49,982 nt of DNA from Catajapyx aquilonaris (Eukaryota): assembly GCA_000934665.2 (NCBI GenBank), contig KZ538744.1, positions 1-49,982 on the forward strand, read 5' to 3'. The notes beneath the pieces are model-generated. The model was not told where the DNA came from and searched no databases. It saw only the letters and a list, made by a program, of their open reading frames with translations. Below, piece by piece: positions 1-10,746 of the stretch. A program made the position numbers and the translations under genes. Position 1 is the first letter of the stretch, and every line of letters begins with the position of its first letter.

Positions 1-68
1 CGTAACTTTTCACCACGGTGGCGTCCGTCGTCCGTATGGGAGTTACGTCACAATTTATGCCCCTGCAG

Positions 69-3000
69 ACTTACGCGAGCCACCACAATTCCGGCCTAAA
101 TAAAGTACAGCCAATAGTAAGGTAAGGGAGACCTACTGAACACTACATATCCGAATAAGTTTATTTTGATCGATTGATTATATTGGAACAGTCCGTTTTG
201 TACTCCAAGAAAAAGGGTCTCACTAATGGACTTTGTAACCTTGTCCAAACAAGTCTGCATTGTTTTTGCTTTCATCTGTGAGTAGCTATGTGAAACAACT
301 CAGCAACCCAGTTTTTAAAGAACAGGATTCTGGAAAGTGTTGAATATGCTTGGACTCCATATTTGGTTTAGGAAAATACCCTGAGGTCAGGTAAATCTTA
401 AGCCATGTAGCCTGCGTGTAGCTCCTGCTTATTGAAAATAAATGTGACTGTAGTACAAAATAACCCATAGTGTCACATTACGGAGTTCTATACCCAGGCT
501 TTCTCCGTGGTATCACTCGCCAGAGGCTCACGGTGAATGCATGCAGCCAATGATTAAAATGCTGATCAAGAGTGCTGCCTGCCTTCATTATACCCAGTTT
601 TATCACTGTGCTACCATGTATTGAACCAGTTAGTGTCATTACATTGCATGATAAGAATTTTTTTGACCATATATACAGTGGAGCATCGATTATCCGAACA
701 GAGTGTGCCCAGGGGGTGTTCGGATAACTGATTGTTCAGATAACCGATCATTTACGGGGGGGAAATTGTACCGGTGTCATAGGAGCAATATGAAACGAAG
801 AAACAGTGATATTAATCACAAAACTGTATATTTTCTGTCACAGGCACGTCTTAAAAATACTGTACATATACCTTACTGTCCTTACATGAAGTAGTCCTAC
901 AGTTTGGGGGGGGAGGGGGGAAGGCCAATTTATTTTGCTTGAGAGCAGAGGCTCGTTTTTTTGGCGGCTAAATCTGCAGCGCCACAGCACTAGCGACCAT
1001 TAGCGGAACCACATAGCATGTTTTTTTTTTTTTTTCCGACCCGAAAACGGTCCGTTGATTGGTGTTCGGATAATCAATGCTCCACTGTATTGCACTTTAA
1101 AACGCACTAACTACAAATAAATTGATAGTTCACAATGTGCGTTACAAAAGCAATATTCATGGATTGTAAAATTATTGTACTGTTAAAAGGTATGTGAAAG
1201 TTGAATTTTAGTTTTAGAATTAACTTTTCCTCCAATTGTAAGAATAGTGATCAAGTAGTAACTATTGGTACCAGATAATTTCAAGTGAAAACTGACTCAC
1301 AAAATTATGACTCACTTTCACTTTCATTTACAGAGTTCCTATTGAAGTTGCCTCAGCATTCCTTCTCTACCACTGGCTCAACTTCCTTGGCACCCAAGTC
1401 CACCACAACTGCTGCATTATCAATCACAGAAGCAGAGGGGTCAACTACATCTTGCTTTCATTCACAAATCAAATTATCCAATCCAGCCAGGAGTATGTTT
1501 AATGGAAAGAGACACAGTTCATCTCTTATTCTGCCTATGCCTGGGCGAGCTTTGACCACAGTGGTGGACAGCATCCAGAATCCCAGGATCAGTACAGAGG
1601 CAGCTAGTGTCTCCACCACCACAACTGGAACCATGGTATAATTTGCATTCAGGAATATAAAATTTGTAAAGTGCTCTGATCAAGGAGAGGCGTGGTGGCC
1701 GAGTTGGTAACGACTTGGCTTGCTGAGCAGGTTTCGGGTTCAATCCCCGCATGGGAACTCCCTTTCACCTGCATCAGGAGGGTCTCTGACCTGTGCCTTG
1801 GAGGCATCGAGCAACCTAACCTCCAGGGAGACTGCATATGACCCAGTATTCCGACATTGCATTCCTCCCCTAAAAATCCCCATCCTTACCCCATGTCCTT
1901 TCTTCTCTGCACGGAGCTTGAAAAAAAAAATCACTAGTAAATTGAAAACACCCTCCTAAAAGGGCACAGTTCCCTCTAATGGGGTATAAGAAGAAAAAAA
2001 AGAAAAAAAAAGTGCTCTGATCATCCAGTCATAACACCACCCAAATCGTTACCCTCTTGGTGATAAATGATGCCTACAAAATTAAGAAATATGACATGAT
2101 GTAATTGTTTTGGGTGAGCTCGTTAAAGGGACACTCCACTCAAAATAAAAGTTGATCTGTAAAAATCAGGCAAAAAATCCTGATTCCGGTGATACCATCC
2201 GTTTATCTCTGAGACGAACGGTAATGTCAGGGGAAGAGACGAAAGTCGGAAAAAATTCGAGGGGTGGCGCCGCCTAGCCACCTGGCCAAGTTAGGCGACG
2301 TTGGATAGAGCGCCGCCCTTCCCAACGGGCGCTAGGGGAAGTTGGCTTCGGACACAAGCAGATCCGACCGGATCCCCACGGATCCCCATGCCCGCAGGCA
2401 ACTTATCCAAGTCGCCGTTGGGAAGGGCGGCGCTACTATCCAACGTCACCCTTGGGGTGGCGTCGCCACCTGCGCCGGGCCCGTTTGAGCGCGGTTTTCG
2501 AACGACACACTTCCAGCTTTCGCCCTGGCCTTACCGTTCGTCTCTCAGAAAAACTGTTTATACCCTCGGAGTCAGGATTTTTTGCCCAATTTTTAGAGCC
2601 CAACTTGTATTTTGAGTGGAGTGTCCCTTTAATTTTGTTTTCATAATATCAAATGCTTGTAATGTGCGCATTATGGAATAGTATCATGGTGATTCACTAC
2701 TATCCATTTCAAAAATGTAGTCACCTAATTGACACTAAAACTGCATGAATACTGTATTGTCATATACTTGGGTTAATCCATAAGTCTTTGTGCGTATTTT
2801 TTTATTCAAAAACGGTAACACATACAGAGATGACCTTTGCTGAGTTTTGAAGCTCCGGCGATTACAATTTGATCTGGAATATAGATGTCGCCCCCCAATG
2901 TTGGACCCTCAGAGATGGACAACACTGGAGCTTGCTTTCGAGTGTGGGACAAGTCAGAGAACTGACCTGAGCCATGTGTCATCCATCACCACAAATCGTT

Positions 3001-6000
3001 TGAAAAACCATCGCCCTGAATGTGATCGAGTTCCAAGCGAAGGCAAAATGGACCTCAAAGAGATGGTGAGGAACCAGTGAGGATGTCAACTTCCTAAGAC
3101 TGTTCAGTCTTTCAGAGTCCTAAGCATAGTGCTCTGACTCGTCCCACACTCGAAAGCAAGGTCCAGTGTTGTCCATCTCCGCGTGTCCCACATGCAGCAT
3201 CCAACAGCTCCAAGCGCGTCAGGTTTGGGCCTTCTTAGGGCAATGGTGCGGTGAGGGGGTCACGATCCCCTTCCGTTTTCCAGCCCCCTTGCGATATGGG
3301 CGGCATCTATATGCCACATAAAATTGTAATCACCGGATCTTCAAAACTCAGCAAAGGTCATCTCGGTATGTGTTACCGTTTTTTGATTAAAAAATACGCA
3401 CAATGACTTATGAATCAACCCATGTATCATAAGAAAACATTAGTCAAGAACTCTAACTAGATAATAATAAATACCAGTCAATGAGCAAGGAAAATGATTA
3501 TCCACATTTTAAAAATACCACAGCGTGGCAGGAGAGCCAGACTAATCCAAAAGGAACCCCCTACCCAACCTGTTGTGACGCAACTTCCATCAGAGTGGGT
3601 GACAACTTTACAGGGATGTGGAATAAAGAGGGGAGGCAAAATGTAATGAGATGCCATGGCTTTGTGTGCATGGTTTATTTAAGTGTAGCCTACTCTCCAA
3701 GAACATTAAGGCACCTGTCTCAATGGTGAACTAAAGATTGATGCACATGGAATAAAATGACCACAGAAACAAATGGGGAATTCATTTGACATCACTCCAG
3801 AGCAGGAGTATTGGACATTTGGTCCCGCAGTAAGGATAGTTGTGTCAATGTGCTTAGGGAATACACTGCTGCTGCACAAATGTTGTAACATACGAGGAGT
3901 GATCAAAAAGTAAGGTCTCCAAGGCTGTAACCTTTATTCTGTATGAACACAAATGACGAAACTTACAGGGTACATGAGTACAATGGACATCTACTTTTCT
4001 ACATAGTTTCCACACCGAAGAACGCACTTATCCCATCGCCAGACCAGTTTCTCAATCCCTTCCCAATAGAAAGGGGTGCCCTGTTGACAGCACCAGTCAC
4101 GCAGCCTTCTTCACCTCATCGTCGCTTCGGAAATGCTGACCTGCCATGTCTGCTTTCAGGGCTCTGAATAAGTGATAGTCTGTGAGGGCTAGGTCGGGAC
4201 TATAGGGTGTGTGAGGAAGAACTTCCCAGTCGTATCCATTCGGCAAACCCATGGTGTCCCTCGATGTGTCCGGACGGGCGTTTTCGTAGAGAAGGATGAC
4301 CCCAGCAGTGAGCAATCCTGGAAGTTGCGACTATCAATTCGGAGCGCAGTGACCCTGGCGAAGTTGCAGAAGGCCATCAGGTGGAAACGACCAGGATTGC
4401 TCACTGCTGGGGTCATCCTTCTCCACCACAACTCCCGTCCGGACACATCGAGGGACACCATGGCTTTGCTGAATGGATACGACTGGGAAGTTCTTCCTCA
4501 CACACCCTATAGTCCCGACCTAGCCCTCACAGACTATCACTTATTCAGAGCCCTGAAAGCAGACATGGCAGGTCAGCATTTCCGAAGTGACGATGAGGTG
4601 AAGAAGGCTGCGTGACTGGTGCTGTCAACAGGGCACCCCTTTCTATTGGGAAGGGATTGAGAAACTGGTCTGGCGATGGGATAAGTGCGTTCTTCGGTGT
4701 GGAAACTATGTAGAAAAGTAGATGTCCATTGTCCTCATGTACCCTGTAAGTTTCGTCATTTGTGTTCATACAGAATAAAGGTTACAGCCTTGGAGACCTT
4801 ACTTTTTGATCACTCCTCGTATATGAGTATATAACAGGAGCACCATTGATTATGACAACTGCCAGTTTCTGATTTTGAACAAATTCTCTTTTTCACAGAC
4901 GTCTCCAGAAGATGCTCCCACTTCGTCCCCTTCTCTTCGCACTGTGCCCAACCCTCCTTCCTCCCCATCTCTGCACCCTCGCAGCAGCAGCCCTGCTTGG
5001 GTGATGCACCGTGACAGGGACACCTGCACTTGGGTTTTTTATGGAAGTGGTAATGGTGATCCAGGTAGTGGAAGCCCAAGCCGGAGTGCTACACCCAACA
5101 GTGCTACAAATATGGATTCCAACGTGTCGATGGTCGATGTCCAAGTGGAAAACCGCTTGGGTGTAATTGAGAGCCAGGTTAAGGAGATATCATCCAGGTT
5201 GGAATCAGTTGTGGTAGGAATTGTTGGTCAAGGTGCACAAAGAGCTGGAGGACAACATGGAGGGTCATCACAAGGAGGGAAGGAAGACATGAGTGTTAGG
5301 CTGGAGAAAATGGAAGAGGTTCTTAGGAGAGTGGAGAAGAGACTGGACCAGTGGAAGGTTAGAATTTATTCTTCCAGCTTTCTATTGTCGACAGGAACAA
5401 GTCAAAGTAAAGCACAAGTTATGCATTGATGCCTGAAGCCCAGGGAAATACTTAAATGTCCTCTTAACATATTGCCACACTTTGGGAAACTACCACATGG
5501 TTGTTGCAGTACTTTTAAATCATGGAAATGAAATTGAGAAGAAAGTATTTTGATATAAACTAATTCCTCATAATTAAAACTGTCATTTTGATGTACTATG
5601 ACGTTTGGAACTGTGGGTGTTGGCAGTACTTATGTATTCGTTACTTGTTGCTTCCTAACACTTACTGAGTCAGTTATAAAACTTAAAAGCAGCTTTATGA
5701 TAGTAGTCGGACAAGGGCTTCACCCCAACCCATGTAGATATTGTGTGTTATAATTTTTGTTACATCTGTTGCTTTCTTCTTGCAGGAGGTTGAGCCATGG
5801 TGGGAGTCTACGAGCACGCCTAGATCCACTCCTATTCCCCCTCCTCCACCGCTTCCCTGTGCTTCCCCTATGGTGCTGCCAGGACACATTTTCCATGTCT
5901 TCCCAAGAACTCCTTCTCCTGGGTGCAGCCCCTCTCGGAGACTCAGGATAGTGTCAGACAGGATTAAGGATGCAGAACAGCTGCTGATCAGGGCAGAAAG

Positions 6001-6202
6001 GCGGCTTGGAGGGGAGGACTTGGAGAAGGAGGAAGAAGCTCACCCAGAAGAGGGAGAAAAGGATCAACAAGACACCCCTCTTAATAATTCTGTAACCCCC
6101 ACAGATATATCCCTATCAAACTCCAATCCATCTACCCCAGCAGTGGTCAAGGAAAAAGAGGATGATGACTGGGTCGATGTTAAGGATGCGGATGAGAGCT
6201 AA
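69..6202 (+). CDS. Unidentified multi-exon protein (5' end probably upstream of the window); Ser/Thr-rich, two coiled-coil segments, Pro-rich stretch, acidic C-terminus
   Basis: Phase-compatible GT-AG exons read by eye: 69-121 and 498-532 (tentative), 1334-1635, 3767-3829 (weak acceptor), 4899-5357, 5786-6202 (TAA). AATAAA signals near 6645 and 6681. Heptad-like segments VENRLGVIESQVKEISSRLESV and VRLEKMEEVLRRVEKRLDQW. No family recognised. Confidence 0.6.
676..1087. mobile_element. Tc1/pogo(Tigger)-type MITE
   Basis: TIRs CAGTGGAGCATCGATTATCCGAACA / TGTTCGGATAATCAATGCTCCACTG flanked by TA on both sides. Confidence 0.8.
1683..2008 (+). mobile_element. tRNA-derived SINE
   Basis: A-box (TGGCCGAGTTGG) and B-box (GGTTCAATCCC) head; A-rich tail; 15-bp TSD AAAGTGCTCTGATCA at 1668-1682 and 2009-2023. 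Confidence 0.85.
2127..2628. mobile_element. Kolobok-like MITE (TTAA TSD)
   Basis: TTAA|AGGGACACTCCACTCAAAATA...TATTTTGAGTGGAGTGTCCCT|TTAA; long imperfect TIRs plus an internal inverted repeat; same family as 20819-22365. Confidence 0.8.
2767..3424. mobile_element. Tc1/mariner-type MITE with long TIRs
   Basis: TA flanks; about 120-bp imperfect TIRs (CTTGGGTTAATCCATAAGTC... / ...GACTTATGAATCAACCCATG); second internal inverted pair at about 2912-2957 and 3133-3179. Confidence 0.8.
3893..4819. mobile_element. Fold-back mariner derivative made of two inverted copies of the transposase 3' end
   Basis: TA|CGAGGAGTGATCAAAAAGTAAGG...CCTTACTTTTTGATCACTCCTCG|TA. Arms of about 430 bp (3893-4321, 4391-4819) each encode mariner catalytic C-terminal motifs (LL..NxRP, PHTPYSPDLALTDYHLFRALK). 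Confidence 0.92.
4899..5357 (+). CDS. Internal exon of the unidentified gene (coiled-coil region)
   Basis: tttcacag acceptor and AAG|gttaga donor; 459 nt open, phase 0/0; lies within ORF 4875..5429. Confidence 0.75.
5786..6202 (+). CDS. Terminal exon of the unidentified gene
   Basis: ttcttcttgcag acceptor; open to TAA at 6200-6202; ends ...EKEDDDWVDVKDADES. Confidence 0.75.
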   Translation, partial: EVEPWWESTSTPRSTPIPPPPPLPCASPMVLPGHIFHVFPRTPSPGCSPSRRLRIVSDRIKDAEQLLIRAERRLGGEDLEKEEEAHPEEGEKDQQDTPLNNSVTPTDISLSNSNPSTPAVVKEKEDDDWVDVKDADES

Positions 6203-7322
6203 TTCAGACTGAGTTTGTGAAGGACCAAAGTCCATAGATCAATTGCAATGGATGACAGGCATAATAATTCCCATGTACCTGCATATATTTTTAATTGCCA
6301 TAGTTGTTTAAAAAATGTTTCCATATCAGCCTGAAGTTGGGATGTGTATCTGAAGTCAAAAGTTTTCCAGTTTGGATTTATTTATTGTTTGTGCAGGTAA
6401 ATTGTGTGCCTCTTTGTGACTGTACCCAGTACAGGGACAAGTTTGAAAATGCAATGAAATTGGTATTGCCTTGTTCATGTGGACTATGATCCTTCTTGTG
6501 CTCACAATGGTTCTTGAACAGTTGCCCCGCTTTGTGTAACTTAATTCAGGAATCTTGTTTTGTTATGGCCTCGGGCCTATGAATATCAGTTTGCATTTAA
6601 AAACACTGCATATGCAGGATTGTTTATGTAAGTTATGCAAAAGAAATAAACGAATAATATGTGATATTCAGTTACGCACAAATAAAAGTTGTGCAGTTGC
6701 TACAAGTTCCTTGATTTATTATTTTATTGACACGACCAGTTGGAAAAAGAGGTTTTATTAACTTTTGGTATACTTGCCCAACACCAATGAAGTTCGCCTA
6801 GCATGAAAATCACCTGCAAGTTGATGTTACAAAAATACGAATTAAGTTACTTGAGAACGAATCATGATTTAATTGCACAATGTATTTTCCACGTATCTGT
6901 GGACGTAAGCTGGAATGATAGTGTCACAGGTCAATCACAGATGTGGAGAATAGGGTAGGAAAGTGAATGGTAGCTGCTGACTGCCATGTGGCCTGTTTGT
7001 TCTTTAACATGCAGAAGAATAAGTACTCAAGAGGACTCAACACCATACGGTATTCAACTGGGATGTAAGTAAGTAAGTTCTTTATTTCCGATTGCGGTTT
7101 CCCATTTCAACTGGGATGTCCACCTACTGATATCATGTCATAATTTGAAAGGCCCAGGCCCATTTTACCTGTAACTGGTCTGCCAGATTCCTTTTTCAGT
7201 TATTCAGGTTATTAATAAGATGACCCAAGGTAAAACATGTAAGGGGGGGAAATGTCACCCTTTAGTGAAAATGAAATTTGAAATGGATTTGTTAATCAAC
7301 ATCTGCAGGAAATGCTGCTACC

Positions 7323-10300
7323 TCAAAAGTCCTGAAATTGCCCTGCAGAGGATGTAAAGTTTGGCTTTCTCCAGACCGCTCCAGACACATGCCTCGTGAA
7401 GTGGGGCAGATGAAGTGGGGTCACTTTGACAGGGGAATGGGTTTTTTATTACTTCACAAATATTGTGCAATGAAATTCCAAATGTTGCCCCAAAATCTAG
7501 TGTACAATATTCCACAGTTTTAAAAATATGTTTTTGTTCTTTTTGGCAAAATAGTTATGTGAGAAAGGTCATGAAAGTCCACTACGAAATGAGGGTTAGC
7601 TTTTCAAACACAGAAGATCCAATTGGCTACACTGTATTTACCTTTGTTTGTAGGTTGACTTGTGGAATGTTCTGCTAGTGGAGAATTTCCTGCCATAGAT
7701 GAATTATTAGTATCATATAGAGTGCCTACACGAAAATGTCTGTGGTAGACCAGCTTCTGCATGCTATTTTACGTAAGTAATGATGCTATTTCAGATTAAC
7801 CCTGGAACTGTGACATGCCTGAAAGTTATGGCAACCGTGACATGGGGTCTTTTAGGACCCCATGCCATATTTCAATTTTTATTAATTTTATATAATACTT
7901 TTCAATGTATTGACTACATGCAATCATTCTTTGAACAATGCCTAAAATGATCGCTAATTCAAAATAAACGTGCACTTCCTGTTACATACTTTAAAAAAAT
8001 GGCAAACAGTTCATTGTAATTGTAATTCTAATGCATTTTCATTCCTTTGGGGTCCTAAAAGACCCCACGTCACGGTTCCAGGGTTAATACAAATCACAGC
8101 CCTTGTCTGCGGGCACAGTGCTTTGGGCCTCAAGGAATACACTAAGATCATAATTACGATTGTTTTGTCCATTGAATGCAAGATAATTCTTTGAACCCCT
8201 CTAACTTACTGCATTATCTTACAACTTGTTAGCATATGAAAGGTAATATGAAAAGCTATGCAGGGTGTTTTGTACCAACCAAATTATGCTGCTGTATTCC
8301 TGGGTCCCAGAATTCAAAGTCATGAATTTAGAGTGCACCTCTGCAGGTAAATTATTGAAGGTCTACTGTCAGAAGCAATCATGACATTAGTTTGAGGTTA
8401 AAAAATTGAAACAATACAACTCATAAAATGATGTGACTATCACTGGTGCTACAGTATCATACCATTTGCATATGTCACCAGTGTGAGTTAGGTGGTGATG
8501 CAGTGTAACTTGTTGATCTGACAAAAGGACGAATTCAACATTTTCATAATTTTACAGGAGAGCCAAAAGAAACAGTTAAACGCTCTACAAATACATAGGA
8601 TGGCATTTTGATTTTCCGTTCTAACTCTGATGCCACTTGTCCCATGTGTTTGCTGTTTTGTCAGAATATGACCCAGTGCAGAGGCCATAATCCAAGTTAA
8701 GCAAAAGTGTCGAATTCATCCTTTTGTCAGATTAACGACGTCCTACTTGAACTTGGAAGATCATCGTCCATCATCTGGGGTGCCAGAAAATAATGAAGAG
8801 GAGGTCCTTGCTACTCTCACATGACCATTACAAAAATTCTGGAGGCTGGTCAGGTACTCGCAGAAATGGGGGAGGAGGTAACATGGAAAATAAGGAAAAC
8901 TAACCAGAAGAATCATCAGTGTTATGAAAATCTTACACTGTAACGTTAGCTTTTGATATGACCAGCTATAAANNNNNNNNNNNNNNNNNNNNNNNNNNNN
9001 NNNNNNNNNNTATCAAATCGCTCACATGTAAACGCACCTTTATGGTTATGCCACTGGGTAGCCAAGAGCCAAGAGCCAAAATGCAGATAAGTCGTTGTGT
9101 TGGACCCATGCTCTCGTGGGGTCCATGTATGTGTAGATAAATAAGATAAATAAGATAAATAAGAAAACTCTCCACTACAAAAATGAACTGTTGCCATTAA
9201 AAAAAATTATATAACAGGAAGTGCATGTTTATTTTGAATTAGCGATCATTTTAGGCATTGTTCAAAGAATGATTGCATATAGTCAATACATTGAAAAGTA
9301 TTATATAAAAATTAATAAAAATTAAAATATGGCATTGGGTCCAAAAGGACCCCACGTCACGGTTAACATCACTTTCAGGCACATCACAATTCCAGGGCTA
9401 ATTCTTACCAGATATGAGAGTGAGGATTACAGACAGGTTCATTATTACTGAATCAGCAATATTCACACAATAAACCCAAGGAAAGAAATGTGTAATACAA
9501 TAATTCAAAAAGCTGCTTGAAAGGATGCTAATTTTCTGCACCAGCCATCATTATTTTGCACCTGTAGCCCAGGATTGATTAAATTGAAAAGGTACCCAGA
9601 CATGGTTACCAGTAGGCCCATGGTTGCACCTGCTCACCAACCGTTGTGTCATAAGGACAGTATGGGTTGGATTGTTGAACTTCACTCACAGCACAAGTGA
9701 CAATGTATGAGTTGCACACATTTTTTCATAAGTTTTCCCACATACAAATTATTCCATTAACAATTGCGCATCATGGCTGACCCTTTCTGAAAAACTCTCG
9801 GAGTTGTTTTGGGTCAAGGAATCGCCTGACCACTAAATGACCTATAATATCAAATGGCCTTGAGTGAGCATACGATCCATAAAAAAAGACCGTGTACGGC
9901 AAGTTCATCCTGGCTGGCATGCAACCGCATCCTTGTCCAACGGACGGCATAACAAGCAGGCGCAAATCGGAAAAAAGTGGCCCATATTGTCGTAATTTTT
10001 TCAAAATAACTCGTCAATACACGACATCGAATATCACTCGCATAATAGGAATCAATATTTTTCTGCAGCGACTGGTCACAGTTACTTGTAACCAGCACAT
10101 ATAATTTGAAACAATAGGAACAATAGCGACAATTTTTTTGTCGTTTTTTACGCAAACTGCGTGCATAAGGTGGCTCGTCCAGTGACCTAAAGACATCGAC
10201 ACCTTTTTGGTCGCGAGCTCGGGCAATGTTTGGACTGCAGGTGGAAGTGGTCACCAAGGTAACCACTTCGCCCCCCACAGCTCGATCCTCACCTCCCCCA

Positions 10301-10377
10301 TACCTATACCTCTCCAACTCAGTACCCTACCATTGGAAAAAGTTCAGGTGGTTGTTGAGGTCCATACCCTACCGCAT
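7323..10377 (-). CDS. Candidate small spliced gene (micro-protein of about 54-64 aa, or lncRNA) divergent from CFAP36
   Basis: Exons 10365-10331 (or 10377-10373), 10234-10203, 9841-9782, 7689-7642, 7342-7323 join in phase with GT-AG; minus-strand AATAAA near 7210 and 7083. Some donors are weak; no homologue recognised. Confidence 0.35.
7800..8083. mobile_element. piggyBac-like MITE
   Basis: TTAA|CCCTGGAACTGTGAC...GTCACGGTTCCAGGG|TTAA; other copies at 41278-41559 and about 9180-9397. Confidence 0.85.
8511..8738. mobile_element. Small MITE-like element with about 30-bp TIRs
   Basis: TGTTGATCTGACAAAAGGACGAATTCAACA versus TGTCGAATTCATCCTTTTGTCAGATTAACG; TSD not clear. Confidence 0.55.
8973..9010. 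other. Assembly gap (N run)
   Basis: 38 N; abuts the right end of a Harbinger-type MITE (ATCAAATCGCTCACATGTAAACGCACCT|TTA) of the family seen at 29026-29185. Confidence 0.99.
9180..9397. mobile_element. Partial copy of the piggyBac-like MITE, inverted relative to 7800-8083
   Basis: Near-identical to 41350-41559 (GGAAGTGCATGTTTATTTTGAATTAGCGATCATTTTAGGC...TCCAGGG). Confidence 0.75.
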
Positions 10378-10379
10378 TC

Positions 10380-10746
10380 TGCGCGTTTGTGTACCGAAAA
10401 TTAGGGTAGAAATATAGGGAATCAGTGACGTCAATTGCCCAACTAAATTATTGTTTTGGATGATTTGGGCACACAGCGATCCTTGAGATTAATCGCGGTG
10501 TGCTACTGAATACTTGTATATAAGTAATGATTCGAGAGCATGGGTGTCGTTGCAGTCCTAAATAATTCAAATAGAACGTGCGCGTCTTGTTGAATTCGAC
10601 GTTGCCAGGTTGCTTATTTTTCCACCCAACACCGCCTCATTATAGCGGTATCCAATACACAAGCCCCCAATACCAGTGCGGATTTTCTAGTTCGCAGAAG
10701 TGTTCGTGTACAGGTCTGAAGGTGCAGAAGGGTACAGCAGTCAGTC
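10380..10746. promoter_or_regulatory. CpG-rich, probably bidirectional promoter with a CRE palindrome and an RFX/X-box-like site
   Basis: TGACGTCA at about 10427-10434; GTTGCCAGGTTGC at 10601-10613 (contains CCTGGCAAC on the - strand) about 140 bp upstream of the CFAP36 ATG; locally high CpG. Confidence 0.5.

Noticed and set aside
286..390. Possible extra exon of the first gene (tag|CTATGTG...GTCAG|gtaaat)
   Set aside because: Stops in all three frames; not included in the model.
4211..4615. 134-aa mariner-like ORF as a functional transposase
   Set aside because: Only the C-terminal fragment, fused to antisense sequence from the other arm; no DNA-binding domain or first catalytic Asp.
6770..6872. 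About 100-bp sequence repeated at about 45254-45350
   Set aside because: Probably a dispersed TE fragment; no termini or structure to support more.
9975..10115. Possible intronic H/ACA snoRNA on the - strand (CTGGTTACA/TGTGACCAG hairpin, AGAAAA, later ACA)
   Set aside because: The second hairpin and spacing are unconvincing by eye; needs an Infernal/snoReport search.
9850..10317. 155-aa minus-strand ORF
   Set aside because: Non-ATG start and no recognisable domain; only a short part coincides with a candidate exon of the small spliced gene.
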